Positions 52,919-63,308 of a stretch of 64,000 bases of DNA are shown one piece after another. How positions within the stretch are numbered: the first letter of the stretch is position 1; the number at the start of each line of letters is the position of its first letter. Origin of the DNA: an uncultured Spirochaetota bacterium (GTDB lineage Bacteria; Spirochaetota; Brevinematia; Brevinematales; JAOACQ01); contig CAWIGG010000003.1 of the NCBI GenBank assembly GCA_963835575.1, positions 128,001 to 192,000 of the forward strand, given 5' to 3'. Made by a program: the position numbers and the translations under genes. The notes below the pieces were generated by a model. That model had not been told where the DNA came from, ran no database searches, and saw only the letters and a list, made by a program, of their open reading frames with translations.

Positions 52919-53353
52919 CTACCGGCTGTTTTTAATCCTCAAGCCGTTGATGGAAGGCTGGCTGTTATTTTCGTCCAGCTTGATGACCTTATAAACCCCG
53001 TTATTGAAATAGATGGTTATTACACCCTTCTTTCCGGGCTCGGCCTTCATCACCATGTCAGCATAATCTTTTTGTCCCAAAAGGATTTTTATCGGAGAGG
53101 TCCGGGTCAGAATACCGGTTTTGTACCCTTTCAGGCCGGAAGCGCCGGTCCCATTTGAATCGTTTTCCGAGGAAAGATCCTTCTTCGTCTCTTTCTGGCC
53201 CAGCACCCTGAAATAGATCGTGACTGACTGGACATCGCCGCTCAGTTCCAGCTTGAGTTCGTCATACATCCGGTTGTTGCTTTTTACGATTTGACTGCAT
53301 GAGAAAAGAGTTAATAGGGCGCATAAAACTGAAAATGCTATTTTTGATTTCAC
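52919..53353 (-). CDS. Hypothetical lipoprotein
   Basis: GTG start after SD AAGGAGG; LFSC lipobox. Confidence 0.7.
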   Translation of the reverse strand: MKSKIAFSVLCALLTLFSCSQIVKSNNRMYDELKLELSGDVQSVTIYFRVLGQKETKKDLSSENDSNGTGASGLKGYKTGILTRTSPIKILLGQKDYADMVMKAEPGKKGVITIYFNNGVYKVIKLDENNSQPSINGLRIKNSR

Positions 53354-53363
53354 ATGCCCCTCC

Positions 53364-53759
53364 TTATTTTGAAGGTTCTTTCCGGCTTTCATCCAGGCTT
53401 TGGAGCGGCCAGAGCTCAGAGCATTCCTCTTTCGTGAACGACGGCGAGGAGGCGCTCAGGTATCTCAACACCCTGCCTCCGGTGTTTTTCAGTCCATGTT
53501 TGGCAAATGAGGGAAAGAAGATACTGTCTCCGGCTTTGACGCTCCGTTCCTCATCATCGACGGTCATGACGCCCTCGCCTTCCATTATATAATACATCTG
53601 TTCCGGCTTGTGGGAGTGGACATGCTGGATGCCGTCCGGTTCCATCTCGACCACCGTAACGCTGAGGTTTTCCGCGCCGGTCAGGGCGGAAACCAGAAGA
53701 AACGATTCGATATTGTCCCTTTTATACCGCGGTGAGGATTCTTTTGTCAGGATATTCAT
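53364..53759 (-). CDS. Cupin domain protein
   Basis: HSHKPEQMYYIMEGEG...GDSIFFP...HGLKN. Confidence 0.88.
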   Translation of the reverse strand: MNILTKESSPRYKRDNIESFLLVSALTGAENLSVTVVEMEPDGIQHVHSHKPEQMYYIMEGEGVMTVDDEERSVKAGDSIFFPSFAKHGLKNTGGRVLRYLSASSPSFTKEECSELWPLQSLDESRKEPSK

Positions 53760-53837
53760 TTTTACCTCCGGAATTATTTGAACGATAATCTTCACCTTCC
53801 TATTACGGCAAGCATTTCAAAATCCTCCACAGTCAGC

Positions 53838-54554
53838 TTACTTTCTGTTTTCCGTCTCCTCTCTATCATACGGCCTGATATGGATGATGCGGATAAAGCA
53901 GGCATAGGCGATCAGGCAGAAGAAAAAGAGGATTATGGTTACCATATAAGTTCCTGGATATTCCATCGGATTTGCGACTTTTTCCATGATATCGTTAAGA
54001 AGGGGAAACGGGTTTCGGATGGCGTCCCAGCTGTTCCAGCGCAGGAACCTTCCCACATAAACGCCGAAGGCGCTGAGTAAAAGCGCGATTGTAACAAAAG
54101 CCCAGGAAACAGCGCCGGAAAATACGGATTTCAGGCTGACCTGCATGATCCTCAGCGAATAAAAACCGATCAAGAGGCCGTTCCATGCCGCTGAAAAGAA
54201 CAGGAATATGTCATACCAGACGGGAATGGGCATTCTCGCACGGAGATGGATAAAATCCGTGATGATGTAGAAAGCGTTCGGAAAAAATAAAAGCCAGAGA
54301 ACAAGGACCGGAAATATCCAGAATTTTCTTTTCGTTTTCCTGCTCAGATAGAAGAAAAGCTGTGAAAGCCAGAACGGAACAATGGCCAGGAACAGGTTCC
54401 AGATGAGGAAGATATAGGTCAGCTTACCCGTAAAATAAATCCTTGCAATAATCAATCCGATTGAGAAAAACACCTGCATGGCTAAAAAAAGACTGACGGT
54501 AAAAAAGGGTATTTTCCCGTCAAAATATTTGAATAAAGATTTAATCCATTTCAT
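53838..54554 (-). CDS. DUF1361 membrane protein
   Basis: WNLFLA, WLLFFPNAFYIITDFIHL, GRFLRWNSWD. Confidence 0.9.
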   Translation of the reverse strand: MKWIKSLFKYFDGKIPFFTVSLFLAMQVFFSIGLIIARIYFTGKLTYIFLIWNLFLAIVPFWLSQLFFYLSRKTKRKFWIFPVLVLWLLFFPNAFYIITDFIHLRARMPIPVWYDIFLFFSAAWNGLLIGFYSLRIMQVSLKSVFSGAVSWAFVTIALLLSAFGVYVGRFLRWNSWDAIRNPFPLLNDIMEKVANPMEYPGTYMVTIILFFFCLIAYACFIRIIHIRPYDREETENRK

Positions 54555-54597
54555 AAAAGGCTTCCCCTCAAAGAAAGGCTATTTACATATTATATAT

Positions 54598-54800
54598 GGG
54601 CAGTTCCAAAAACTAAAAATTTATCAGATATTTCCACAACAGTTTTTGGAACTGCCCCGGTTATAAAATTCCTTGTAAATGCAAATGACGCTACCGTATA
54701 GAGTTCGCTGGTCGGCTTTCTTTTCAGACAGCGAACTCGAGCGGCAGCATGAACTCATAAAATATTGGCAGTTCTAAATATTTGTATTTTTAGAACTGCC
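54598..54800. mobile_element. ~203-bp MITE-like tri-hairpin element, copy B (inverted)
   Basis: Reverse-complement homolog of 50749-50952. Confidence 0.8.
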
Positions 54801-54964
54801 AATATTTTATATTTACTCATTAATATGACACAAGTCTTTTTAATATCATTTAATGGAATTATTTGATAATAACACCTGTTTCCCTCTTTGTCAGCTTTTT
54901 ATTGCATTTTCTTTTTTTTATTCCTAAAATAAAAGAATGGTGAATAAGTTTGTTTGGGGCCGGT

Positions 54965-55837
54965 ATGGAGCTCAATGACAAAAAAATAAAGTCGATCATT
55001 GAAAGTTATCTCAGCGGAAAAATGGAGCCGAACCATTGTCTTAACGATTTCAAAAAGGAAACGGAGCTCTACATCTATAATTTCCCCCGCGCGGCCTATA
55101 GAAAAAATCCGGACATCTGCTCCGAATTCTATCTTTATATGCTGGCGCGGCTGGAAGGCGTCCTGAAAAATTACCCGCTCGAGGATGATATCCTCTTTAA
55201 AACATGGTTTAACTATGTCCTCAGGAACCAGTTCAGCCATTTTATGCAGTATCAAAAGAAAGAAAGCGTTCTGGAGTTCGCGCTGGAGGATTACGAAAAC
55301 GATATCGTCCTCGAAATGTTTGAAAAGGAAGACTCCCGGAAGGAATTTCTTCACGAATGCCTGCATTCGCTCTGCGAAATAGAAAAGCTTTCCCTCAAAT
55401 TTTATTATATGCCGGAAAGCCTGACGTCTGATGAAATCTCCGCTTCCTCTGAAATATTCCATATTTCCCTGCAAGACGCGCTCATTATTCAGAATAACCT
55501 TATCATTGCCCGTTATGAGGAAATGCAGAAGACCCGCGATATAGCGGAAAAAATCGGGCATATCAACAGGATATTGTCCGATTTGAAATACAGGCTCCAT
55601 ATAAAAAAAGAAATCGATCTAAAAGAAAAAACCGGGTTTCTCGCGAAAATCGCCCGCTATGAAGGGACGAAAGCGAAAAGGGTCCGGGAACTGGATTCGC
55701 CGGACAGGAAAGTTTTTCAGGAATTTATCCCGCTCTTTAAAAATATAATAAAAGCGAAAAAATTCTTGACAGCGGCAAAGAAAAAACTCAAAATGGTCAT
55801 ACTCTTTAAAATAAATAATCAGGAAAAGGCGGTATAA
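54965..55837 (+). CDS. Divergent sigma70/ECF-like sigma factor
   Basis: Region-2-like FKTWFNYVLRNQF, region-4-like CLHSLCEIEKLSLKFYY; followed by a zinc-finger gene. Confidence 0.6.
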   Translation: MELNDKKIKSIIESYLSGKMEPNHCLNDFKKETELYIYNFPRAAYRKNPDICSEFYLYMLARLEGVLKNYPLEDDILFKTWFNYVLRNQFSHFMQYQKKESVLEFALEDYENDIVLEMFEKEDSRKEFLHECLHSLCEIEKLSLKFYYMPESLTSDEISASSEIFHISLQDALIIQNNLIIARYEEMQKTRDIAEKIGHINRILSDLKYRLHIKKEIDLKEKTGFLAKIARYEGTKAKRVRELDSPDRKVFQEFIPLFKNIIKAKKFLTAAKKKLKMVILFKINNQEKAV

Positions 55838-55839
55838 CT

Positions 55840-56394
55840 ATGTTCGGCTGCGGCCAATTTTCAGAAAAAGACATGCTTCTTTATCTTGACGCTCATTCAA
55901 AAGAGAAGGATAAAATTGAGGCCCATCTGAAAGGCTGTTCAACATGCCTGAAGGAAATCACAGAGCTGAACCGCATCAATGCCCGGACAGCGGCGGTCAT
56001 GCCCGAACCTCTAAAAAAACCGTTCTTTCTGTCCCTCTTGGTCCGGAACGGCTCCATCGAAAGGGCGCTTTCCGCCGCTGGCAAAAGCAGGCTCGCGGCC
56101 CTGGAACCGACCAGAAAAAACGATATCAATGATAAAAACAAGGCCCGCTATTCCATTGATTCGATTCCCGCCGATATTGAAATTATGCCGGCGCAGGACA
56201 ATAAATGCTGGATCTCGCTTATGTCCCCGAACCTTAAGGACTCGATGGTCCAGATCATGAAAAAAGGCGATGAACTGCCGGTTTACTCAAAAAAAGCCGA
56301 TTCAAGCCAGGTCCTTTTTAAAGGCATTGAACCGGGCGAATATGAGATCAGCCTGCGGAATTACACCATACAGATTGTCATCCGTAACGATTGA
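55840..56394 (+). CDS. Putative soluble anti-sigma factor (zf-HC2)
   Basis: LLYLD...IEAHLKGCSTC; C-terminal beta domain FKGIEPGEYEI. Confidence 0.65.
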   Translation: MFGCGQFSEKDMLLYLDAHSKEKDKIEAHLKGCSTCLKEITELNRINARTAAVMPEPLKKPFFLSLLVRNGSIERALSAAGKSRLAALEPTRKNDINDKNKARYSIDSIPADIEIMPAQDNKCWISLMSPNLKDSMVQIMKKGDELPVYSKKADSSQVLFKGIEPGEYEISLRNYTIQIVIRND

Positions 56395-56407
56395 GAGGAG
56401 CCGTTCA

Positions 56408-57283
56408 GTGAAAATCAGCGAGATATTAAAAAAGCAGTTTACTGTTTCATTCGAGTTTTTCCCTCCCAAGACTGAGGAAGGCGAAACCGAGCTCTTCAAA
56501 AATTTAAAAAGGCTGGAGGAACTGCGGCCTTCTTTTGTTTCCGTCACATACGGCGCGGGCGGAGGCACACGGGACAGAACGCGCCGCATAGTGACCCTCA
56601 TCGCCCATGAGGAAAAACTGAACGTCATGGCGCACCTCACAAGCATCGGTCACTCGAAGAAGGAAATCCTGGACATTCTGAATAATTATCTGGAAGCGAA
56701 AATCGATAATATTCTCGCCCTCCGCGGCGATCCCCAGGCCGGAAGTGTTTTCAACCCTAAAAACGAGGAAATGCCGCACGCGGCCGACCTCATCAGGCTG
56801 ATCAGGGATAATTTTGACGACTATTTTTCCATAGGCGGGGCTGTCTTCACAGCCCGGCATCCCGAATCGCCTAACTGGGACTGGGAAATGTCCCGCCTCC
56901 AGCAGAAAGCGGAAGCGGGAATGGAATTCGCCATAACCCAGCTTTTTTTTGAAAATAAAAACTTTTATGAATTTATGGACCGTTGTTTGAAATACAAAAT
57001 AAATATTCCCGTTATACCCGGCATCATGCCGATAACTTCATTCAATCAGATCGCGAAATTTTCCGCCATGTGCAACGCGACAATCCCCGAAAAAACAACA
57101 GAGCTGATGGAAAAATACCAGGACAGGTCTGATGAGGTTGAAAAAATCGGCGTCGAATACGCCGTCAATCAGTGTGAAGACCTGCTGAAGAACAAAGTCA
57201 GGGGACTGCATTTTTATACCCTGAATAAATCCCCGGCCACATTGAAAATATATAAAGCGCTTCAGATTCAAGGAGGTAAATAA
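56408..57283 (+). CDS. metF: Methylenetetrahydrofolate reductase
   Basis: GTG start after [41 protein letters not shown]. Confidence 0.96.
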   Translation: MKISEILKKQFTVSFEFFPPKTEEGETELFKNLKRLEELRPSFVSVTYGAGGGTRDRTRRIVTLIAHEEKLNVMAHLTSIGHSKKEILDILNNYLEAKIDNILALRGDPQAGSVFNPKNEEMPHAADLIRLIRDNFDDYFSIGGAVFTARHPESPNWDWEMSRLQQKAEAGMEFAITQLFFENKNFYEFMDRCLKYKINIPVIPGIMPITSFNQIAKFSAMCNATIPEKTTELMEKYQDRSDEVEKIGVEYAVNQCEDLLKNKVRGLHFYTLNKSPATLKIYKALQIQGGK

Positions 57284-57284
57284 T

Positions 57285-58604
57285 ATGAAGAAAAAATTCC
57301 CCTATCCTATCTGGAACACCGAAATGGAAACGATGGATACCGAAGTGAGAAAATCGCTTCAGCTTTACCGGCTTAAAGAGCTGGTCTGGTATGTTTACGA
57401 AAACGTGCCTTTTTATAAAAAGAAATTCGATGAAATGAAATTGAGCCCGAATGATATTCGGAAAATCGAGGATATCCAGACTCTTCCATTTACGACCAAG
57501 CTGGACCTTCGGGACAATTATCCGTACGGCCTTTTTGCCGTGTCCATGGAAAAGATCGTGCGCATCCATGCCTCAAGCGGCACGACCGGCAAGCCGACAG
57601 TCGTCGGCTACACAAAAGAGGATATAGACGCCTGGTCGGAAGTGATGGCGCGCTCGCTTGTGGCCTCCGGAACGACAGTCCACTCTATCGTCCAGAACGC
57701 GTACGGCTACGGCCTCTTTACCGGCGGGCTCGGTGTTCATTACGGCGTCGAAAAGATCGGAGCGAGTGTCATACCCATTTCCGGCGGCAACACGGCGCGC
57801 CAGATCCTGATCCTCGAGGATTTCGGCACGGATATCCTGACCTGCACGCCGTCCTACTCGTTATACCTTGCCGAGGAAATAGAGAAAAAAGGCGTCGATA
57901 TTAAAAAGCTCAAGCTCCGGTACGGAGTCTTCGGTGCCGAACCCTGGTCGGAAGCTATGAGGAAGGAAATAGAGAAGCGCCTGCCGATCAAGGCATTGAA
58001 CATATACGGCCTTTCTGAAATTACCGGTCCCGGCGTCGCCAACGAATGCCTCGAGCAGACCGGGCTTCATTTCTTTGATGATATCTTTTTCCCGGAAATC
58101 ATTAATCCGCAGACAGGCAAGCCGGTCAAGCTCGGCGAAAAAGGCGAACTTGTCATCACCACGCTGACTAAAAAGGGTATGCCTCTCATCCGCTACAGGA
58201 CAAGGGACCTGACCAGCTTCCTGCCGGGCGTTTGCGCCTGCGGAAGGACTCATCCGCGCATCGACAGGATCATGGGCCGCTCGGACGACATGCTGATCAT
58301 CCGCGGCGTCAATGTCTTCCCGTCGCAGATTGAGGAAGTGCTGGTGCAGATTGAGGAAGTATCGCCGCACTACCAGCTGATCGTCGAAAGGGAGCACAAT
58401 CTCGATATTCTGACCGTTATGGTCGAAGTGAACCAGAATGTCTTTTCCGATGAGATCAAGGGCCTGGAACAGAGCGAAAAGAAAATTCAGGCCGAGATCG
58501 AGAACGTCCTCGGCATTTCCGTCAAGGTCAAACTCGTCGAACCCCGGACTGTCGAAAGAAGCGAGGGAAAGGCGAAAAGGATAATCGATAAAAGACAAAT
58601 ATAG
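57285..58604 (+). CDS. paaK: Phenylacetate-CoA ligase family protein
   Basis: [53 protein letters not shown]. Confidence 0.93.
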   Translation: MKKKFPYPIWNTEMETMDTEVRKSLQLYRLKELVWYVYENVPFYKKKFDEMKLSPNDIRKIEDIQTLPFTTKLDLRDNYPYGLFAVSMEKIVRIHASSGTTGKPTVVGYTKEDIDAWSEVMARSLVASGTTVHSIVQNAYGYGLFTGGLGVHYGVEKIGASVIPISGGNTARQILILEDFGTDILTCTPSYSLYLAEEIEKKGVDIKKLKLRYGVFGAEPWSEAMRKEIEKRLPIKALNIYGLSEITGPGVANECLEQTGLHFFDDIFFPEIINPQTGKPVKLGEKGELVITTLTKKGMPLIRYRTRDLTSFLPGVCACGRTHPRIDRIMGRSDDMLIIRGVNVFPSQIEEVLVQIEEVSPHYQLIVEREHNLDILTVMVEVNQNVFSDEIKGLEQSEKKIQAEIENVLGISVKVKLVEPRTVERSEGKAKRIIDKRQI

Positions 58605-58719
58605 GAATTTAGAGTGAATTTTCTCACGCCAAGCCGCAGAGACCGCAAAGGAAAGTGCGTTTTTTAATAACCTTTGCGGGCTTTGAGTGCAAAGCGGGGA
58701 CAAATCTAAGGAGGATTAT

Positions 58720-59148
58720 ATGGTAAAACAAGTTTCAATATTTTTAGAGAACCGGTCCGGCAGGCTTCATGAAGTAACAAGACTTCTGGCGGAGAATAAA
58801 CTCAATATCAGGGCATTGTCCATAGCGGACACGTCCGATTTCGGTATTTTGAGGCTTATTATCGATAATCCCGACAAAGCCATCGAAGTTCTGAAGAAAG
58901 GTAATTATACCGTATCGGCGACAGACGTGCTGGCCATCGAAGTCAATGACAAGCCGGGCGGGCTCGCGACGATCCTCGGGATCTTCGACGAAAACCAGAT
59001 CAATATCGAATATATGTACGCCTTTCTCGGAAAACTTCCCGACAAGGCCATTATGATATTCCGGTTCGACAATAATAAGCTTGTGATGGAAAAGCTCAAG
59101 AATAAAAATGTGAATTTTGTCGACGCAAAGGACTTATATATATTATAA
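58720..59148 (+). CDS. Tandem ACT-domain protein
   Basis: QVSIFLENRSGRL, ADTSDFGILRLI, DKPGGL, NIEYMYAF; usual paaK neighbour. Confidence 0.92.
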   Translation: MVKQVSIFLENRSGRLHEVTRLLAENKLNIRALSIADTSDFGILRLIIDNPDKAIEVLKKGNYTVSATDVLAIEVNDKPGGLATILGIFDENQINIEYMYAFLGKLPDKAIMIFRFDNNKLVMEKLKNKNVNFVDAKDLYIL

Positions 59149-59530
59149 AATCATCCTTTTTAAACTTCAAAAGAGGGAAATTAACAGGAAGGCAAGAAGC
59201 GATGCCCTGAGTAAGCGAAGCGCATCGAAGGGGCGGGAAGATCATTTTATTACAAGACGCCTTTTAAAGCCACTCAACTTTTCTTGTTGAATTAACTAAC
59301 TTGTTGGGATTGTTACAGCATTTTACCCATTTCGTTATTTCTTTCAGTCCTGTTCCATATTATATCTTCTTTATTAACAGAATGATTAGTATTACCTTAT
59401 ATAAGGTAATTACCTACATTAATCCATTTCCTTTACTCTTCCTGTCTTCCCGTCTTCCTGTGAATAATGTTCATTAATAAATGATGATTTTATTCCGATA
59501 TTACAAGGGAATATTCTATAAGGAAATGAA

Positions 59531-60718
59531 ATGAATAAATTCCTTTTTTTTATTATTGTATTCTTTTTTATCTCGGGCTTTATTTACAGCGAAACGACAA
59601 ACGACGCGCAGGCTTATATCATCTATAAACAGGCGAATGATCAGTACAAATTCAAGAAATTTGAAGATGCCAGGAATTACTACCTTCAGCTGATCAATCA
59701 GTATTCCTCCTCAAAGTTCGTGCCCTACTCCATCTACATGCTTTCCTTTATCGAGACGGATTATATCAAGATCATTGACTATCTTTCCATACTGAAAGAA
59801 AAATATCCCGAGTTTCAATACTGGACGAATGTTGTCGAGAAGCTGGCGGACATCTTTTATGTCATGGACAATCAGCCGGCGGCCATTGAGGAATATAAAT
59901 TAATCTCGAATGATAAATCCTTTTACATGCTCTCGCTGATTTATTCCGCCGGTGGATTCCGCGACCTGGCCGTGGAAAATGTTAAAAAAATGCTCGCACT
60001 GACAAAAGACAGCGGCCTTGCCTACAAAGGTTATCTGGTTATGATCAAAAGCTATATGGAAGAGCAGAAATATGCCGACGCCCAGGCATTGCTTCAGCAG
60101 GCGCTGAAACTCCGCAAATGGTCTTACGACAACGGCGCCAGGATCCTCTATTACGCCGGGAAATGCTATTTTTACAGGAAAGATATTGAAAAGCACTACG
60201 AAAAATCGCTTTATATCTACTCTCTTTTAAAAACAACCTTTCCGCTTTCAGTGGAAGCTTCAATGGCCAATAATTATCTTGAGTTCTTCAAGAAAAACAA
60301 TATTTCCAGAGTGGACGATGTCCGCTGGATCACGGACGCTTTTACCGCTCCCGTCGACATCCCCTATCAGAACCAGACGCTCACAGTACTCGACAGGATG
60401 GAGCAGAAAGCGGAAGATATCTCCTCCGACGCCGAGGGGGCTAACGGCAATATCATTAAAACGGACTTTGTCGAATATGTTGTCAGGATAGGCGAATTCA
60501 AGGACCTGAGCGTTGCCAACCTTGCCGCGGCCGATATCATCAAAAGCGGTCTGAAAATCCCCATGGGTGTTTTTTACCGGAACGATATGTATGTCACAGA
60601 GGTCAGGGGCATAAAAAACCTGGATGACGCCAAAGACCTGGCGAAAAGAATGATCTCGATGGGCTATACCGAAACAAAGGTGCTGGAAGTGGTTAAGGTC
60701 GTCGAGTACGCGAAATAG
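59531..60718 (+). CDS. Exported TPR protein with C-terminal SPOR-like domain
   Basis: Signal peptide, helical repeats, YVVRIGEFKD..A C-terminus. Confidence 0.7.
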   Translation: MNKFLFFIIVFFFISGFIYSETTNDAQAYIIYKQANDQYKFKKFEDARNYYLQLINQYSSSKFVPYSIYMLSFIETDYIKIIDYLSILKEKYPEFQYWTNVVEKLADIFYVMDNQPAAIEEYKLISNDKSFYMLSLIYSAGGFRDLAVENVKKMLALTKDSGLAYKGYLVMIKSYMEEQKYADAQALLQQALKLRKWSYDNGARILYYAGKCYFYRKDIEKHYEKSLYIYSLLKTTFPLSVEASMANNYLEFFKKNNISRVDDVRWITDAFTAPVDIPYQNQTLTVLDRMEQKAEDISSDAEGANGNIIKTDFVEYVVRIGEFKDLSVANLAAADIIKSGLKIPMGVFYRNDMYVTEVRGIKNLDDAKDLAKRMISMGYTETKVLEVVKVVEYAK

Positions 60719-60965
60719 ACTTCAGATTCAAAGGGTTGAAACCACAGATTACACAGATAGATGATTCTGTGTAATCTTAAAATAATTATCTGTTGAAAGA
60801 AGATTTTTAGGTTAAGAATATCAGTTGTTTTTTTAACCCCTATCCTTTTATTTTTAATAATTTTTATGCCTTTTTTGGTCGATACTTTTGTAAATATTTT
60901 TTAAATTATATACGAATTTCACTGAAAAAATCTGTGGAATCGGTGAAATCTGTGGTTCCGTTTCC

Positions 60966-62105
60966 TTATTTCAATCTGCCAATAATAAGATATTCCATGG
61001 TTTTATCGGCTTTATAATTCCTCTGTTCATGGTCCAGGTCCGCCCTGAATCTCTGGTATTCGATTTTTTTAAACTTGAAACCGGCGCAATATTTTTTAAA
61101 TAATCCCCTGATCTGTTTTTCATCGATCAGGCCTTCATTATTATAGGACATGATCACATATTTTGACGTCAATAAAGAAAAAAGCCTGTCGAACGCCTTT
61201 CCGGCCTTGGACCTGACGCAGAAATCCGAATTGAGTTCCCTGCCGTCCCGTAATCCCGTAACACCCCTCGGAGTAAAATTACTGATATCCCATTTAGCGA
61301 TGGTTTCAAGGATATGATAATTCGCCGAATACTGGCGGTGGTTATAAGGAGGATCAATGTATGTTAAAAGGATATTTTTATTTTTTAATCCGGACAACAG
61401 GCTTAATGCGTCTTCGCAGAATACTTTATGAAGGGCGGGTTTATGGATTGAACCGATAGGCTTGATGCCGACCAATTCAAGAGGCTTCTGCGCCGATTTT
61501 TTTATCTTCTTTAAATAGGCGCCGTAAACGGAAGCGGTGTTCGCCGCCCGGTCGGCGGATTCCAACAGGCAGGCGATAAGCCATATTTTTTCTTTTTCAT
61601 CAATAAAGCCATTCTTGAACCAGTCTTCTATTTTATCACGGACAGCCTGTATCTTCAAACCATTGTCCATCGAAAAGTACAACCTGCCGCTTGATCCGCC
61701 CTCGCAATAAGAGTCAAAGAATCTGCCTTTTTTGCCGTTAAGATTCTGCAGATAGGATAAAACATGAATAAACGGCTCATTTTGAATCTGATGATTCCTA
61801 TAATTCAGCGAATAGATTTTGATATGCCCCGTCCCGGCTTTCCTTATCAGTTTACCTTCAATGCATTTAAGAAGATTTTTAAATAACGGAAAATCATTAA
61901 ATAAAATAAAAGCGGCCGTGATGCAGTAGGAATAATACTGCCAGTCGTTCGCGTAAGCTATATAGCCGCTTGATTTGAGCAGTTGCGACACAATGCCAGT
62001 CCCTGAAAACAGATCCAGTGCGATCCCTTCTTCAGGCACATCATTAGACTCAAGAATGCTCTTTATATTTTTTAACAGGCTGTATTTTGAACCGATGTAA
62101 TTCAT
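60966..62105 (-). CDS. DNA adenine (m6A) methyltransferase, D12 class
   Basis: MNYIGSK, DLFSGTG, ANTASVYGAYLK, YIDPPYNHRQY, MSYNNEG. Confidence 0.93.
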   Translation of the reverse strand: MNYIGSKYSLLKNIKSILESNDVPEEGIALDLFSGTGIVSQLLKSSGYIAYANDWQYYSYCITAAFILFNDFPLFKNLLKCIEGKLIRKAGTGHIKIYSLNYRNHQIQNEPFIHVLSYLQNLNGKKGRFFDSYCEGGSSGRLYFSMDNGLKIQAVRDKIEDWFKNGFIDEKEKIWLIACLLESADRAANTASVYGAYLKKIKKSAQKPLELVGIKPIGSIHKPALHKVFCEDALSLLSGLKNKNILLTYIDPPYNHRQYSANYHILETIAKWDISNFTPRGVTGLRDGRELNSDFCVRSKAGKAFDRLFSLLTSKYVIMSYNNEGLIDEKQIRGLFKKYCAGFKFKKIEYQRFRADLDHEQRNYKADKTMEYLIIGRLK

Positions 62106-62113
62106 AAAAATCC

Positions 62114-63223
62114 TTAATTAAAATTCATGATTTCCTGTTCAAATTCCAGATGTCTATTGACCGTGATAACTCTATACTGCTTGATCCCATGTCCTCTCAA
62201 ATAGGTCTTTATCTCCTTGTGAAATGCATCGGTGATTGAAGGCGCCATCACTGTTGGAATTATCTGATGGACTGATATATCAGGAATATGTGCTTTTAGC
62301 CATTTCACATAACGGTTGAGCTGGCCTGCTGCCTCAATTCCAGCCTCAACAGATTTCAACTCAATCAAATGAATGAACTGATTTAACTCATTACTGGAAT
62401 AGATCAGGATATCAATACTCTGCATACCCGCGCCTGCGTAAATCTCATTGCCGATCCAATCAATCCTTACATCAGGGAATAATAAGTTGGTTAAGTCCGC
62501 GTTTCTATTTATTTCTTGCATGAGATAAGCCTGCAAGTGTAGTTCCCATTTTCTTTTATTCTCTTCAATTAATGTTACCAGATATTGATCGATTTTATCA
62601 AAATTGCCCAAGTTACCCCGATAAATCTTATTCCCGGTCCCCGCTTTCAACATAATCTTTTCAGAGTCAAAATCGACAGATTCAGTATTCAGAACTTGCC
62701 CTGAATTGATTAAATCAAGCATTCGTTTAATAATTTTTCCTTCATGTGGCAGAAGTGGTGTGCATCCTCTCCTACCTGTCATCTTCCTGTAGATAATAGA
62801 CCAGGGAATATCATAAATCGATTTAAAATCAGTCATTTCATCCATTGCTTGCCACTCTGTCAGGCCGATTTGATAGATCTTTTTAGGGTGAATGGTCAGT
62901 CTGTACACAAGTGGCATACCGAGTAGTTCTTTAAGATAATCGCCTGATGGCTCATAGATCGGATGTTGGCCGGTCACTTCAAAAAGCCCGAAAAACCTGC
63001 CACCTTCCCTCCCGGTATCGTTTTGAGGGGATTCTAGGTAAAACAGAAGTTCATCACCCTGGTGAACCCTACAAATATCCGCGTACAAACCCGCCTGGGC
63101 TCTTTCTTTCGATGCGTCCACATTGACATTTCTCCAGGAACAATCGTTATCTTTAGTAACTCCAGCGAACATATACTGAAGATGTATCGGTAGAGTCACC
63201 TCTGAAACAATGAAAAGATGCAT
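62114..63223 (-). CDS. Putative restriction endonuclease: EVE/PUA-like N-terminus plus PD-(D/E)xK nuclease
   Basis: RVHQGDELLFY...FFGLFEV N-terminal pattern; C-terminal E..LQ, IDIL, IELK, QLNRY. Confidence 0.7.
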   Translation of the reverse strand: MHLFIVSEVTLPIHLQYMFAGVTKDNDCSWRNVNVDASKERAQAGLYADICRVHQGDELLFYLESPQNDTGREGGRFFGLFEVTGQHPIYEPSGDYLKELLGMPLVYRLTIHPKKIYQIGLTEWQAMDEMTDFKSIYDIPWSIIYRKMTGRRGCTPLLPHEGKIIKRMLDLINSGQVLNTESVDFDSEKIMLKAGTGNKIYRGNLGNFDKIDQYLVTLIEENKRKWELHLQAYLMQEINRNADLTNLLFPDVRIDWIGNEIYAGAGMQSIDILIYSSNELNQFIHLIELKSVEAGIEAAGQLNRYVKWLKAHIPDISVHQIIPTVMAPSITDAFHKEIKTYLRGHGIKQYRVITVNRHLEFEQEIMNFN

Positions 63224-63308
63224 TGTTTTTATTCCATAATTTATTATAAATAAATTATAACTAATTTTTATAGATTAATCATCTATAACTCAATTTCATT
63301 TTACAAAG

